A stretch of 51,348 nucleotides of DNA, counting the filler, from Sphacelaria rigidula (taxonomy: Eukaryota), in the NCBI GenBank assembly GCA_964200075.2. It is 3 parts of 3 records of this genome, joined end to end, with 100 filler letters (N's around TTAATTAATTAA, not from the genome) between each part and the next. Parts side by side here need not be neighbours in the genome. Positions count along the whole stretch, not along the records: positions 17,152 to 34,201 come from CAXNAA020001178.1; positions 34,302 to 51,348 come from CAXNAA020001179.1; 1 more part is not named here. One strand, 5' to 3'. The notes under the pieces are model-generated. The model was not told the DNA's origin. It searched no databases and worked only from the letters and a program-made list of their open reading frames with translations. Below, one piece after another: positions 24,991-38,010 of this stretch; position 1 is the stretch's first letter; each line of letters starts with the position of its first letter. Position numbers and translations under genes: made by a program.

Positions 24991-26092
24991 CGCAGTATAA
25001 TGCTACGCGGGTAGTGAGGTGGCAGGATCAACGGACACCTTACCACCGACGAGGTCAGGACTATGTTCAGATAGCGTGAACTGGTCAGGATCAGTCGGAC
25101 TGACCGTGAAGACGGATGGCGGGTGATCCGTGAGGGGTTCAAAAGTATCGGTAGACAGCGCGGAGATGTGATCCAATCGTGAAGGGCAGCGTGAATCAGG
25201 GTTTTGATCAAGCTCGTAGATGACTGGCTTGGAAAGATAAGGGTCATCATTGAAGAGAGATTGCTGCGAAGTGCCACGGGGGCCATCAGTGGAGGATGCG
25301 GTACCGTCTGAAAGGTCCGATTTGGATTCCTCTTGGATGTGCGGCAATATCATCGAGCTCGAAGTCGTCGCTTTCTGGGGAGAATGAGGTCAGAATTGTC
25401 CACTGGCGGGAGGGGTACGTGTCAATGCTCGCGCTTCCCTGGGGGCATGACGACGAGGCTTCCTCTCGTGCCGTGACAAATGGCTGGGAACTTCCCAGAT
25501 CTCTTGGGAAACTGCAACTGCGTCCAGTTGAGGTGATGTTGTCGGCATCGGGGCATGCTCGGCCGAAACTTGTGGACTGTCCGCTGGCAAGCTCGGTACA
25601 AAGGACACTGCTAAATGTGAAAGTGGACGAGTGTTGTCCGCTGTATGCCGGGGTAGTTTCGCGGCAGAAGAGTGGCTTAGAACGACTACGATCAGGCTGG
25701 GTAGGAGTCGGAGGATTTGAAGTGGTCAGCTTCAAACCATCAACACCAGAACCAGTTGAAGGAAGTCTGCTACAACCTGTGCATGCGGTCGTTGAGGGAA
25801 GCCTGTGTCTCAAGGGTCCGCGGTCGGTTTTCCCACACCTCAGATTTATACTTAGATCCGGAGGACCAAGTCTGGAGCCAAACATAGAGCTTGGTGGTGG
25901 GTCAACACAACGGTTCCGCTGTGTGTGTTAAGATAAAGACGGGGGTCGAGAAGAACGGCCGTCATTAGATCTCCTACATAGTGTTCAAGAGTTTGGGTGA
26001 GAACCTTTTGTCACCTGAGCGATGGTGTGTGTTGGATGAGTCTTCGATTCTGCTATCCGCGGCGCCGAAGACTTCACGCCGTCGTCGGCGTG

Positions 26093-29000
26093 TCATGGGT
26101 CGTCACGATCCGCCCTGAAAGAACAAGGGTTTCTGGCATTGGGGTTTGAGTTGTCGTGACTCGGCCCCGTTCGCTGGTGATGACCATGCGAAGACTGAGA
26201 AGGGCGGAAAGAACTATCTCTGTGGCGAGTACCTGAGACGGTGTTGGTGGTGTGGCGGCGGTCGCGATGTGAACGAGAACCGCTATGATTGTTGTAAGGC
26301 TGGCGATGGTGGCGAGTTGGTGGTGTACGATACTCGCGCATGCGTTTTTGCCATCGGCGCCACGCCGGCCCGTTGCTCTGAAGTTCAGGGTTCATGAGCG
26401 AAAAAGTATTGATGCCAGGTTTAGGGCAGTCACGCATACGGTGACCAGTACCATTTTAGTTGATGCATGTGTTAGTATGGCGACGAAAAGCATCCTTGCG
26501 AGCCGAAGGCGAAAGCAAGGGGGTCCACAAATGTGGGTAATCTGTGATGAAAGTAGTTGTGGAAACGACATAAACGTCATCAATTTTTTCTGCCGAATAA
26601 GGCCAAGCGTCGAAGCTTGCTCGGACCGGGTCTTTTTTGCTATGAACAGACATGAGCAATCCACCGACAGAATTGGGTGTCCAAGTACTACTGGACAAAG
26701 TCTGAGTGCGTCCACGAGACCCGGAGATACTCGCGGATGCGGCACGCAAAGTCTGCGAAGACTCGCAGGGACACTGTGTGCCACGAATGGCAGGTGTTGA
26801 GTTATGTTCTTGATCTACAAACGCAGTCCACATCACGTCTACGGAGGCGTAAGACATCTCTTTGTGCGCCAGAGCGCCCGGGAACAGAGACGGCATAAGC
26901 GTCGGAAATTGCTGAGCGATACTATTGCGAACATACGTCTGTCACATAGCATCGCTAGGGCCATTCTGTCGGCCAGTACCAGTCACACTAGACACCAAAA
27001 GCTTGAAATCGCGTAGGTAGCCATCAAAGGATACGTCCGTTGCCACAGCGAAGGAGCTGAGGCGCTTGATGGCGCCGGCCTGACCGGACTTATCAAAATA
27101 ACTTATGACACGCCTTTCCAAATTGCCGAACAGTAGAGGCGCTGTTTGCCCTCCGGCACAATCTTGATCCATGGCGTGGGAGAAGGAGTCGAGAATCTGC
27201 GTCAAGGAAGCAGCGACGTCAGGGCAGCGGCGGCTTATTGAGCGATGCAAAGCCTTACGTAACGGTGTTTGCCACCCATCAATCCAGTCAGGATCTTCGA
27301 AACGTTGTTGTCCAGTTGCGTCGGCCATCTCGAGGATGTTGCGCATAGTTCGACGCATTGAGGAAATGAGAGCGGATGTAAACTGACCAGAATCCGCATT
27401 ATCTGCAGCAGGCATGGTTTTGATATGCCATAGTTTCTTAACATCCATCTGTAAGTACTCGCGCTTGATGGCAGCGACACGAGATGCTTCTCTGCAAGTA
27501 TGAGAGGCGGCTTTATCAGCGGAAGCTTGTTGTTTGGCTGCTGCGGCGGCAGCTAATGACTGAGCCGAGGTAGAAGACAATGGGCGAGTCGAATTGTCAC
27601 TATCACTATCCGTAAGACCTAGAAGTCGAGCAGACGTATCTGCTAGAGGAGGCGTTACTTGCCTGACGGTCGCTGAGGGCCGAGCGGATTGCGTTGAAGC
27701 GTATTGGCGGTGCCTTGATGTAGATGAGTCTGAAGACTGGTTGCCAGAGCGCTTATGACTGCCCCGGGTGGTACGGCAGCCGTTGTTGTTGTTTTTACGG
27801 TGGGCTCCTTGTCCGCAGCGTGGTTCGGCCCCGGGCTGGTCGTCGTCGAAGTCGTCATCATCACGGCGGTGATGAGAGGGGTGGGGTGTGATCCAGTCGT
27901 CGTCATCATCGGGTGTTAGCGAGTTGTGGGCGGCACGCACAGCGTTAAAGAGGGCAGCGACGGTGGTTTCGTGGGTGGGACGATTGTGCCCGGTACCGAT
28001 CGTAAGGTACAGTACAAGTCGTTCGATGTGAGGGCGCCCGGGTCGTTGTTTGGTAGTTGTCCCCCTTGCTGAAGGAAAGGGACGATTGCACTGTTTATGG
28101 GCAATGTGAGCGAGCTCCAAGCCTGCTCGGAAGCGCGGAGAACGTTGTTGCGGTAGTATTTTCCCGAAAGTTGACGGAGCGTCCACGAAAGCCAAGAACA
28201 GTCGCTTTCCTGAAGGCGGAGCCAAGGTGTGAGGGCAGTAGGCGTTGAGACCTGAGGAGCCTGCTGTGGTGCTGGTGGGGTGCGCGCAGGCGAGGCTGTA
28301 GGAGCGGCAGCAGCAGCGTATGTACCCGAGGGCTGGCGGGTCTCCGCTGAGCCTGAAATTGCAGAAGCAGAAGCAGGGGCAGGCGCTGGTGCTGTCGGCG
28401 TCGTCCTCGGAAGAGGAAGATGTTGCTCTTGTTCCAAGGAGCGTAAGGCCGTGGTGGCGCTGGCCGTGGCCGCAGTATATTGGCGCAGACGTTCTTCGTC
28501 GCGTCGAATGGAGTCACGCATCTTGTCAAACGCTGTGAGACGTTCATTTAAAGTCTTTTGAGCCGCCTGCTGGCGGCTGATCGCCGGGTCGACGGCCTGA
28601 CGTTGGTGCGTGAGGCGTGCTGTGAGGTCGTCGAGAAGAAGATGATTAGCAGCGTCATCCGCCGTTTGGCGGGGTGAGGGTGGCGCAGGGGGCGTGGCCG
28701 GTTGCATTGCTCGGTACTCATCCAGGATTTGCTTCTGATTGGAGCGGGGGCAACGCAACCAGAGCCGGGGTAGGAGGCCCGGCGGGCAATGCTCAGTGGG
28801 AGACGTGGATGCAGGCGCCGGAGCCGGACCAGTAGCGGCACCATCCTGCAGGGAAGTTTCAGATCCCGCATGGGTGGCCGTAACAGGGGTGTTACCCGTA
28901 GTCGCCGTGTCGACAGCCGAAGTCACTGCCGCGCTGGGGGCGGGGTGTGTGTGACGCGGATGCTCTCAGCGTCCGTATTGACATCCGCAGCAGCAGTATT

Positions 29001-30040
29001 GGAAGTGGCCGCGACAGGAGCGGTGGTCGAGGGTGCAGGGGTGTTGGCCATGGTGGAAGCTGATCGCAGGTATCGACGAAGATCTGCAGTTTGTCGTTCC
29101 ACAGCACGCACAGTGGCAGCACCAGGATGGGGTGGAGGGGCACGGTTAGTGCTGCGTCCGTCGCGCAAAGGTGCGTGAATATCAGTCAACGAAGCATCAA
29201 CGGGCAGTCGTGAGCTCTCATGGGTCCGATCGACATATTCAGGTCGTGAGAATCCCGTGGTTGATGATAATCCTGATAACAGGGCACGTACGTCATGAAC
29301 ATGAGTAGTACGATCACCACGGTGAACAATGTCGTCACCATCCAAATCCAAATCAGAGGGAACATCTGAGGTCGAAAGTTTGTCATCAGGGTCTGAAGAC
29401 GCTGAGACAGAGGCCCGATGGTTCGCACGACTGTTAAAGTGAACACGATCTGAAGGCGCCGAATGTTGAACGACTGTGTGAAACGCGACCGCAAGCGCTT
29501 GTGAGAGGGAAGTTGTCGCCGGACCATCAGAAATGTCAGCCGGTGATGAACGGAGCAAGTGCTCAAGAGCCGTGACTAAAGGCAAGTGCCCTGTGGAAGG
29601 CTCTCCAGAGTGATCAAGACGCGAGGATGTTCGGCGCGAGGGCTAGTGAACAGAAGTGACCTCACGATGCATGTCGTGTCGTCGCGGGCATTGTAAGGCA
29701 TCGGAACAGTTGTGTGCCGTGCCGAAAACGTCGGAAGGCATGGACGGGTGCCGTTCGTCAACACCGCGAGCGCGGAGCAACCCAATAACTGCGGTGGAAG
29801 CCTTAAGCGGGTTGCGTTTCACAACAGTGGGAACGCGTGACGACTCGCCAGACATGTTGGAACTTCTACACGGTGTGCTTTCTACAACAGAGCGAGCGCG
29901 TAGCGACTCGTCGATCATGTTGGACGTCCTGGACGGTGTGCGGTTCACAACAGAGCGAGCGCGTAGCGACTCGTCGATCATGTCGGAAGTCTTGGACGGT
30001 GTGCGTTTTGCAACAGAGCGAGCGCGTAGCGACTCGTCGA
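26093..30040 (-). pseudogene. Very long gag region, frameshifted
   Basis: Chain of minus-strand ORFs (220, 336, 427, 146 and 114 aa) with a zinc knuckle C-I-N-*-NGTG-H-RMRD-C at ~26426-26467 near its end. Confidence 0.7.
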
Positions 30041-30061
30041 TCATGTTGGACTTCTTGGACA
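29758..30061. repeat. 63-bp tandem repeat (3 close and 2 degenerate units) encoding 21-aa repeats
   Basis: Units start at 29758, 29821, 29884, 29947 and 30010. The minus-strand translation is MIDESLRARSV..TPS.TS. Confidence 0.9.
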
Positions 30062-30258
30062 GATGGCGGTTGTGGTCACCAGTAGAAGCCAAGTCCCGAA
30101 ACGTGTAGTCGCCAGAGTGGAGGGCCGAAGCTCTGTCAGATTTTACTTCTTCGTGTGCAGGAGAAGTAAGAGTGAATGGTTTTGAGGAAGTGATGGAAGA
30201 AAACGCTGAAGGCGTACAGTTTTGTGAGAAGAAGGGGTGTGTGCAACACAACCTCCCT

Positions 30259-30437
30259 GACCTAGGCCCGAGAAGGCGTTCCTCCTCCTCGGGGCTAGGG
30301 TACGCAAGTCTGCATGCCAACCTTCCCAAAAACTATGGGAGTAATCCCATGAACAGATCGAAAGATCTGTGAGTCAACCTGCCCCAAAACTGTCTGAAGG
30401 AACAAATACCGTCTCTCTATCTTCCTTCCTCATGGCA
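30259..30437 (-). repeat. 5' LTR, conserved part
   Basis: Direct repeat of 18964-19141. Confidence 0.88.
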
Positions 30438-30443
30438 ACAGTA

Positions 30444-30575
30444 CTCCCGACGGGAGTCATCTGTAAATACAGGCAGAAGTTAATCAGGCCTGACTGAAGT
30501 GATGTGAGCAAACATCGAGAGGGTGGTCGCGCAAAACTCGTGGGCTTGCATCCGTAGGCAAATTTTGTCGCAATT
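30444..30575. repeat. Repeat B, copy 2
   Basis: Homologous to 18545-18690 and lies a few bases outside the LTR end. Confidence 0.75.
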
Positions 30576-33500
30576 CGTCAATCATCAGGCGAGTCCTGAA
30601 AGGAGGCTCGACTTGTAGTACCGTTGACGGAAAACAAAAACATACGCCATGTCAAGGAAATCGGTCAGGTGACGTTGTCCCAGAATGGCGGAAATCAACT
30701 ACGGTAGACTCGAATCATTTCTGCCAACGTCAACAACGCGACGTCCGGTATTACGTGCGTGTGCTGTCACAGGGGGAAGGTATTGTTTCCACGACTGACG
30801 GTTCAGCTTCCCACACCTCAGAACTATGCTGCGCGGTGCAGTACCGCAATACACAAAATACGTACGCGCAATATAGCCCGCCATAGATCGAACCGCATCT
30901 CGTTACTCGCCTCACCTGAGATACTTATTCGCGGACGGGTCCGCCTAGTGTGCCTGAACACTAGACTTCAAGGCGAAGCCAACCTTTAACCCAAAACCCC
31001 ACCTCCTCACACGGAAAGACCGTCACGAGTCTCAATCCAGAAAAAATCAGGTTGGAAATAGCGAGGAAAGGCTCACGATGGAGCAAAGTCGGAGAGGCTA
31101 CCAGGAAGCGGAGTCCTGGAAAGCCTCACGCTTCCACGAGCGGACGGGTTCCACGCCCTTGAGCATCCGCACCACCCAGCCAAGGCATCAAGTATGCCAC
31201 CCCGCCCGAGCACGCCATATCCCTCTATCGCGCAGTGATACTCTGAACTTGTTTCCCATAGGTATCGCATTCTGAAAGGATTTTGACGGAGCTGAGCAAA
31301 AAAGACAAGTGTTCAACGACGGCAAACGCTTCAAGAAAGTGATGAGACGACGGAGAATGCGTGGAGTCTTCAAGTGAAGAGCTCCAGCAAATGGCCCAGA
31401 CGAGCGAGCCTATGGCATTGAGTGAACGAAGTAGAGAAAAGCATTTATATTGTACGAAGGAGCGAGTAGGAGACCGTTTTGCGCTGCTTCACAAGAGCGA
31501 GCGGCTGTTTTCCTTTTCTTTTTCTTTATGGTAATGAGCAGTAGTTCAGTACTGTTGTTTTTCTTTTCCATTGGAACAGCTGTCCAGTTTTTTTTCTACC
31601 CTCGTCGGGTCTGTTTTCACTCGTGGTTACCCGTTGATCATGGGCTAGGGCATACATCTGGTCATCGTTTCCGGCTTTACTGCCTCACTTAATAACGATT
31701 GATCTTGATTTTGTTTTGGGGACATGGTCCACCTTGATTTTTTTGCCTCGTTTTTTTTTAATCAGAACCTTCCCTTTAGACCCTCATTGTATTTTTCCGA
31801 CTTTCTGGTCTGAATTCCATTTGTTTTTTTCTCCTCTTCCATCTTGGTTTTTCTTGATGTCGTAGAACCTGATCTTTATCTCGTGTCAATCCTTTTTATA
31901 TTTGTTTATTTTCATGTTTCATGTTTTTTTTTCGTATAATGAACCTAGCATGTCCTTTCTAGTTTTCCTTCATGTTTTTGTTTCCTTCCCCCCCCCTTCT
32001 CATTTTTCTCTCGGGCCTGGTTTGTTCCTCCAGCGCTACTTCTCTCTTTTCTTTTTCCCGGTCTTGCATCCCATGAAGATTATTTGGATTTTTTCCCCCT
32101 GATTTTGTTGGACCCGATCCTACCCTTTGTTTCAGGTACCCGGTCCGTTCATCACATTTCTTTGTTCTCGAAGAATGTTGATCCTATTTTAGGGCGCCTC
32201 ATCCTTCTCATGTAGAAATATTCATGCGTCAGCATTGCACAAAAGGATGGGCACCGAGTACCTGCTCGGACACTGTATCGTGACTGAACTGTTGGTGTAC
32301 GATATAGTCCCTCAGTGTTCAGCAGGTTAGCGAAAACTGGTCGATGGGAGAAAAAGCGTACAACACTCCCATCAACTAGCACACGCTTTCTTGAGGTTGT
32401 TGTTAGTGGGTCAGCTTTTTGCGAGTCCCACACTACCCAAGATTGGTGTGATCAATCAGGGGTGTCTAAGCGCCGTTACTATCTGAAAATAGTTACCCTC
32501 TATTCTCGATGGTTTCTGTTCTCCAGTCTAACTGAGATCGCGGGAAGACATGGCACATGCGAAAGCAATCGCTGTGATCTGGAAGGGCGTGAGAGATTTC
32601 CCCCCCCAAGCGATGAGGCTCTTTCCCTGAATAGCAGGTTTTCCCCATCCTTCCGATTTCACGGCGAGTCTTTCTCGCGATTAATCTTAGCCCCGAAATT
32701 CTGCGGTTTTCTCGTCGTTGACGTGATATTGGGCTGATGGCGTAGAGACTTGAGTGTATCACCCCCGGAGTGAATTCAGCTGTGCCTTTCCCCGTCCTTC
32801 ATGAGCAGCGTGCACAAGGCAAGGGAGGGGGATGTTACAGCGGATACCGACTGTAAATGTTGTAGGCGTTTCGAAGTACGCGTGTCAAGTGCAGTAGGTC
32901 TTATTCCATTCACATGTTGATGTTGTATTCCAATTCGGGATCTTTCATCTGAGCCCCTCGCCCCTCACAACTTTGAATCACTTAGCAACTTCGGTTCTAG
33001 CTAACCAGTAGCCAAGCCTAATAACAAAGCTATCAGCCATCAACTGGAGACATCTCGCTTCCAAGCAAGTCAAGAGCACTTCCATGCACGTGAAAGTGAG
33101 TCAAGGCTTTACCCTATGATGCAGTGCTGGTCGGACTCAAAGGTATTTGTGCCGCGAGCTGTATTCGACTGCAATCGTCCTCTCAAGTCGGCTGAATGCA
33201 GATTGCAACTCCCGACTGTACTTGTGCTTGGAAAGCGATGTCCGTATCACCTCGTGGCCGAACCACAATAGTTGGTCGGGGCACGGATTGTCTGTTGCGG
33301 TCATCTGTGGATACGTCGAGTATTCAATTTCATATTATACTGCAAAGGATAAACGATGCCTGGGAAGGGCGGTTGCCGTGGGTGGACGCGACAACTGGTT
33401 TGCTTCGTTAACCCTTTTAGGATCAACCCCCCACTAGCACATGGTTGACCCTGTCTTAGTAAAGTTATAAAAAATAAGTCAGGGAGCGACCTGCCCAATC

Positions 33501-34201
33501 ACGGCGAGGAAATATTTATCGACCAGACCCGAACGACCATCGCGGGGATTGTTGTCGAGTGTGAAGCCACTGCAAAGATCGCGTGGGGGCCCTATCGCTG
33601 GCCCAGATAGGCCTTCCCAGGTTTCCACATGCAGGGTAGTCGCAGCTTGGCTTTATGGTATTCCTTGCATTCAGTAAAGCGTTCCCGAGATTTTCCGTTT
33701 TTTTGTTAGAGTCGCAGTCTGATACTAAAACGTAGTAAATACACTCACACAGGGTGGAGGGGAAAAGACCGGGAAGGAGTGTGTATGCTACAATGTGGTC
33801 ATTTTCACGAGGCACTAAACCCGGGTGGGCCGTGGAAAGACAAAATGAGCTATCGTCATAAATTCTGCTCATCCCTCTGCCGATGACTTGCAGTGTGCAG
33901 TTAACATGTATGTAGTGGGTGGGGATGAAGGAGTGGTATACAGGCAGTTGATCTCGGTAGCTGAAAACTGCCCAGAGCGTGCAAGAGAGTATGCAGCGAC
34001 TGCTGCTGTTGCAGTCGGAGAGGCGTACTGCAGTGTACTGTACTATACTGTATGTATGCGCGCCGCAACGCTGATACTCTCCGAAGATAATTTGTCGCAT
34101 GCAACAAAGAGAGGAATGGCGGCCCACCCAGACCACAAGAGTCATCCTACGATAGGGGGGGGGGTATTTTGGGCCATTTGTTGCTCGAAATTTCGAGTCG
34201 G

Positions 34202-34301
34202 NNNNNNNNNNNNNNNNNNNNNNNNNNNNNNNNNNNNNNNNNNNNTTAATTAATTAANNNNNNNNNNNNNNNNNNNNNNNNNNNNNNNNNNNNNNNNNNN
34301 N
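34202..34301. other. Artificial contig spacer
   Basis: 100-base N run containing TTAATTAATTAA. Confidence 0.97.
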
Positions 34302-34375
34302 GCTCCGTCCCGGCATTGTAGGGATGCGAGGTCAATGGTCTTATGACTATGGCATGCATGATCATGAGTACACCC
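34302..34375 (+). repeat. Repeat family X, truncated by the gap
   Basis: Reverse complement of 16904-16978. Confidence 0.8.
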
Positions 34376-34701
34376 TTCTTTACATGCGCTGCCTGCCCCT
34401 CTCCTCCTGCTCTCGCCATTTCATGCCACGGTGCTCCTGGGTGACTCGCAGGAGCGGGATTGCGAAGCAATATCACTGCGACTCCGCGGCCTCTTGGAGG
34501 CAGAAGGCGATGTGTACCACTCAGTTTGGATCGGGTGAAGCGCTTTGAACTGAGTGGTATACATCGCCTTCTGCCTCCAAGAGGCCGCGGAGTAGCAGTG
34601 ATATTGCTTCGCAATCGCGCTTCTGCGAGTCACCCAGGAGCACCGTGGTATGAAATGGCGAGAGCAGGAGGAGAGGGGCAGGCAGCGCATGTGAAGAAGG
34701 G
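34373..34701 (+). ncRNA. Long foldback, candidate miRNA/hairpin-siRNA precursor
   Basis: Arms 34373-34530 and 34544-34701 with 7 G:U pairs, 2 true mismatches and no A:C on the plus strand. The inverted repeat is certain; expression is untested. Confidence 0.45.
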
Positions 34702-34702
34702 G

Positions 34703-34925
34703 TAGGGAGGGGGGGCGTACTCAGTTGTCGCTTGCCTTACTCGTTCGGCCATTGACCTTGCAGCCCTTTCAAGACGGAGCACCGTTCCTACTCCCAATGG
34801 AGATACCTCCAACATTTGGGCGCTCATTGCGTCCCTTCCATACATTACACAAGAGCTTGCTGTATACTGTATCTTATCCCCTTCCTGAATCGACGTCTGT
34901 GGCCACCATCTATATCCTAGTATAG
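34703..34925 (-). mobile_element. LINE family Y 3' fragment
   Basis: Aligns with 50195-50405 and 12550-12760. Confidence 0.82.
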
Positions 34926-35191
34926 AGGGGAGGGGGGGGAGCTTGGCCTGAATGTGTGGGGCGGAGGGATTATCGCCCGCCGTATGCCAGCAACCACTGT
35001 GCGTTGTGGGTGCTTTTGCGTGTGTGTGAGTGGGGGGGGGGGGGGGGCTGGTTTGGTATTACTGGTTGAGGGCGCGGAACCCGGGCGTTGGGCTCCCTAA
35101 ACACATTTTTGAAGGAACANNNNNNNNNNGTGGGTGTGGGTGGGTGGGTGGGTGGTGGGGCTGTGGGGCGGGGTGTGTGTGGGTGTGGGGT

Positions 35192-35225
<34 letters not shown>

Positions 35226-37920
35226 TGCTTTGATCGTACAGGTTGAGGGAGCCGAAACCGGGCGTAGGGCTACCTAAACGCAGTCATGAAGGAGCAACAT
35301 GGCAAACACGCTACTGTTCAACACGGTCTTCTGTGACACTCCAGGAAATATGAAGCGGGTGACAACGCCCTACCGATTCCAGGCACTTTGCAACAACACG
35401 GGCGATAGCGAGAAGAAGACGAAGAAAAACTGTCAAGTTTTTCGGTTTCCGTCGTGTGCGGCCGAATCACTTAGGTTGCCTCTCGGGCGTACTCACCGCG
35501 AGCATACAGCGCCTCTCCGAATGTTTGAGGAACCCGCGCTATTCTCAGACATGGATTCTTTCAATCATGCTCAAACTCCCTAAACTCAACGTAATGGTCG
35601 GCAATCTTCCCCGCGAATCTCGTGAGTCAATAACGGAGAATGCAATGCCAACGCCGGGCTCACCAGCAGTCACTGTGAAGGCAGCCTGTGTTCCCTAATG
35701 GCAGTGGACGAGGCTACTGTTCCCAAGATACCGTTTGAGAAACATAAAGTCCTCTACCGATGGATTTCAGATTATTTCAAGCTCTTCTCTGCCTCTCTCC
35801 TTTCCCTTTTCTGCATGTTTCCTTTTTTCCTCATTTTTGTTTGGTTTGTCCTTTTTTTTGTTTCAGCGTACGTGGTGCGTTTGTTTTATCTTCTTGTCTT
35901 TTCCCCTCATTTTCCTACTTGAGCGAGCGTTTCCGTTTTGTTCACCTTGGATTCATCCATCTTGTGGATGATGACCACAGTTGGATCCCTCGGGAACCAG
36001 TTCATGTGCGACAATCAATCAATCATTCAACAAGTCAATCAACACACATCACCACGCGTGTGCGCAAGCGCCCACTACGGTATCGCGCGCGTTCTGCATT
36101 GTTCGAGCGCTGGATACTTCTTCCTGCAATACGGTCACACCATTGGGTACTGCTCGTGCTCTCCGCTCGTCAGCTCGCCGCTACCAAATGGTGCACAGTA
36201 ACGCTCTACTCACCTCATGACCCTCCGGAGAAGGCGGCCAGCGATGGTGCACCCAAGAACCATGATGGGTGCAACTAGCGCCATCTGAATCATCGTGTCA
36301 GATTCGGCGTCGTCGAGCGCGGCCATAGGGTAGGGTGGGCCAAGCAAGAGCAGGGGACAGAGAGATCGCCGACACCGAAAGAGAAGGATCCAAGGTATGG
36401 AGCGAGAAATCAATGTTCGTCCATGGGTACTCTGCTTAGGTGAAGGCAGCCTGTGTTGTCGGTTGGTCTTCCTTTACCACCAACCTAGGTGTATATACAG
36501 TCAATAAAACAAAAAAAATGCAAATTCCTCCTCTCCATGCTTCTCCAGGCGACCGAAGGAGGTAGTTCATTCCCGGGAGAAGTTGGAACTCACGCGTTTT
36601 GCCATCTGCCTATCAGATAAAAACGTACAGCAATTTGTGCTTTTGGAGCAAGTGCGGTGGTTTCTTATCGGCGAGATCTGACATCTAGGAGCTGGGGTGC
36701 ATTCTCAACGATCCCGGGAGAGCGTGACCGCTTGCAGCTGATGGAACGAGTTTAGCGTATGGTGATGGAAACTACATCGGTCGTGCACACGGTATCCACG
36801 ATATTCTCCTTTGTTTTGTCGACGACGCTGTGCTATACCGTTCGCACTTGTCGAAAATCTGCAGAAATGAGACGCGGTATATTGTTTCTACGGGCAGGGG
36901 CTTCGACGTCTGTTCGAGGTGCATCGGCTGACTATTCCGTCGTTCAGTTCAGAAGAAAGCTGCAAAAACAACGGGAAAAATGCCCCCCACGTAAGACAAA
37001 ACGCCACGACCTGATCTTGATTGACGCTTTGCTTTGCTTCCTCCTGCCGATTACCTGACAGACTGGGCCCACTACTGGAGAGAAAAACTGTAATCGGCGA
37101 TCGTTCGCTCGAAGTTTTGAGAGTGGGTAGATCGATTAATTGATTGATTATCGCACATGAAGTGACGCGATCTCCGATAGGCGCACCGAAGGTAAACAAA
37201 ACGATAAAAACTCGCTAAAGAAACTCGAGAACTGGAAAGCCTAGCAAGAACAAAACCATGCAGAAAGAAGGGGAGGCACGGAAAAAAAGAAGGAGAACGA
37301 AACAAGATGAGGAACGGCTCTGGTGAAAAAGTAAAAATATAAGTGAGAAGCAAATGTATAAATAAATGAATGGATGAAGAAAACAGTAAATAAACAAAAG
37401 AACAAATGAAATGAAGATATAAAAGTATATGTAAATCGAGCAAGTACAAAAAGAAATACCGGCCCCTGGATCATGGCTTCAGGTGGAAAAGGCCGTGCAC
37501 GAAAAAACACATGCGAGTGATGCTGCCACAGAGGAGTGGGGGGGGGGGAGATTCGATTTCACGAAAAAAGCGGGCTCACAGGTGTGTCATGCGACCTAAC
37601 AGCTCGCGGTGCATTTTTGTTTGGGCGAAAATGGTGTCAAGTGGTGTGAATGAGTGTGCCATATGGGTAACAAACGCGCTAGAACAAACCTTGCTGCCTT
37701 CAACTACGATTTGAAGTGGAATTACGTCGAATAAACGGTCCAAAGCACCCCCCCCCTACCCCATCGTAGCATCCCTCATCCACTCGTACACGACGAAACA
37801 AAAAAAAGTTGTGGGAGCAGATTGCGCCAGCATCTATTACTTTACATGAAAGTCATGACTAGGGGAAATGATCTATTTTCAACTTTGTGTTGCAGTTAAG
37901 TTTACTTGACCGAATTCCCC

Positions 37921-38010
37921 GGGGGGGAGGGGGGGGAGGGGGGGCGTACTCATTTGTTGCGTGTCGTAGTCGTTTGACCATTGACCACGCACCCCTTTCG
38001 AGACGGAGCA
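37921..38010 (-). mobile_element. LINE family Y extreme 3' end
   Basis: gtactcatttgttgc...gaccattgaccacgcacccctttcgagacggagca lying between two G-tracts. Confidence 0.8.

Larger units (their letters stand above)
18828..30437 (-). mobile_element. Ty3/Gypsy LTR retrotransposon (chromodomain-bearing), degenerate
   Basis: Domain order gag(CCHC)-PR-RT-RH-IN-chromo on the minus strand, terminal direct repeats and a PPT, with many stops and frameshifts. The left boundary is uncertain (18828-18964). Confidence 0.93.

Noticed and set aside
25296-25931. 211-aa plus-strand ORF and other plus-strand ORFs within the Gypsy element
   Set aside because: They are antisense shadows of the GC-rich minus-strand polyprotein with no recognisable motifs.
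18545-30575. DIRS/Ngaro split-direct-repeat interpretation
   Set aside because: The order B-A...A-B does not fit A...B-A-B, and the element encodes a DDE integrase rather than a tyrosine recombinase.
35060-35300. Duplicated segment and G/GT tracts around the 10-N gap
   Set aside because: It looks like low-quality read ends repeating the same sequence either side of a gap.
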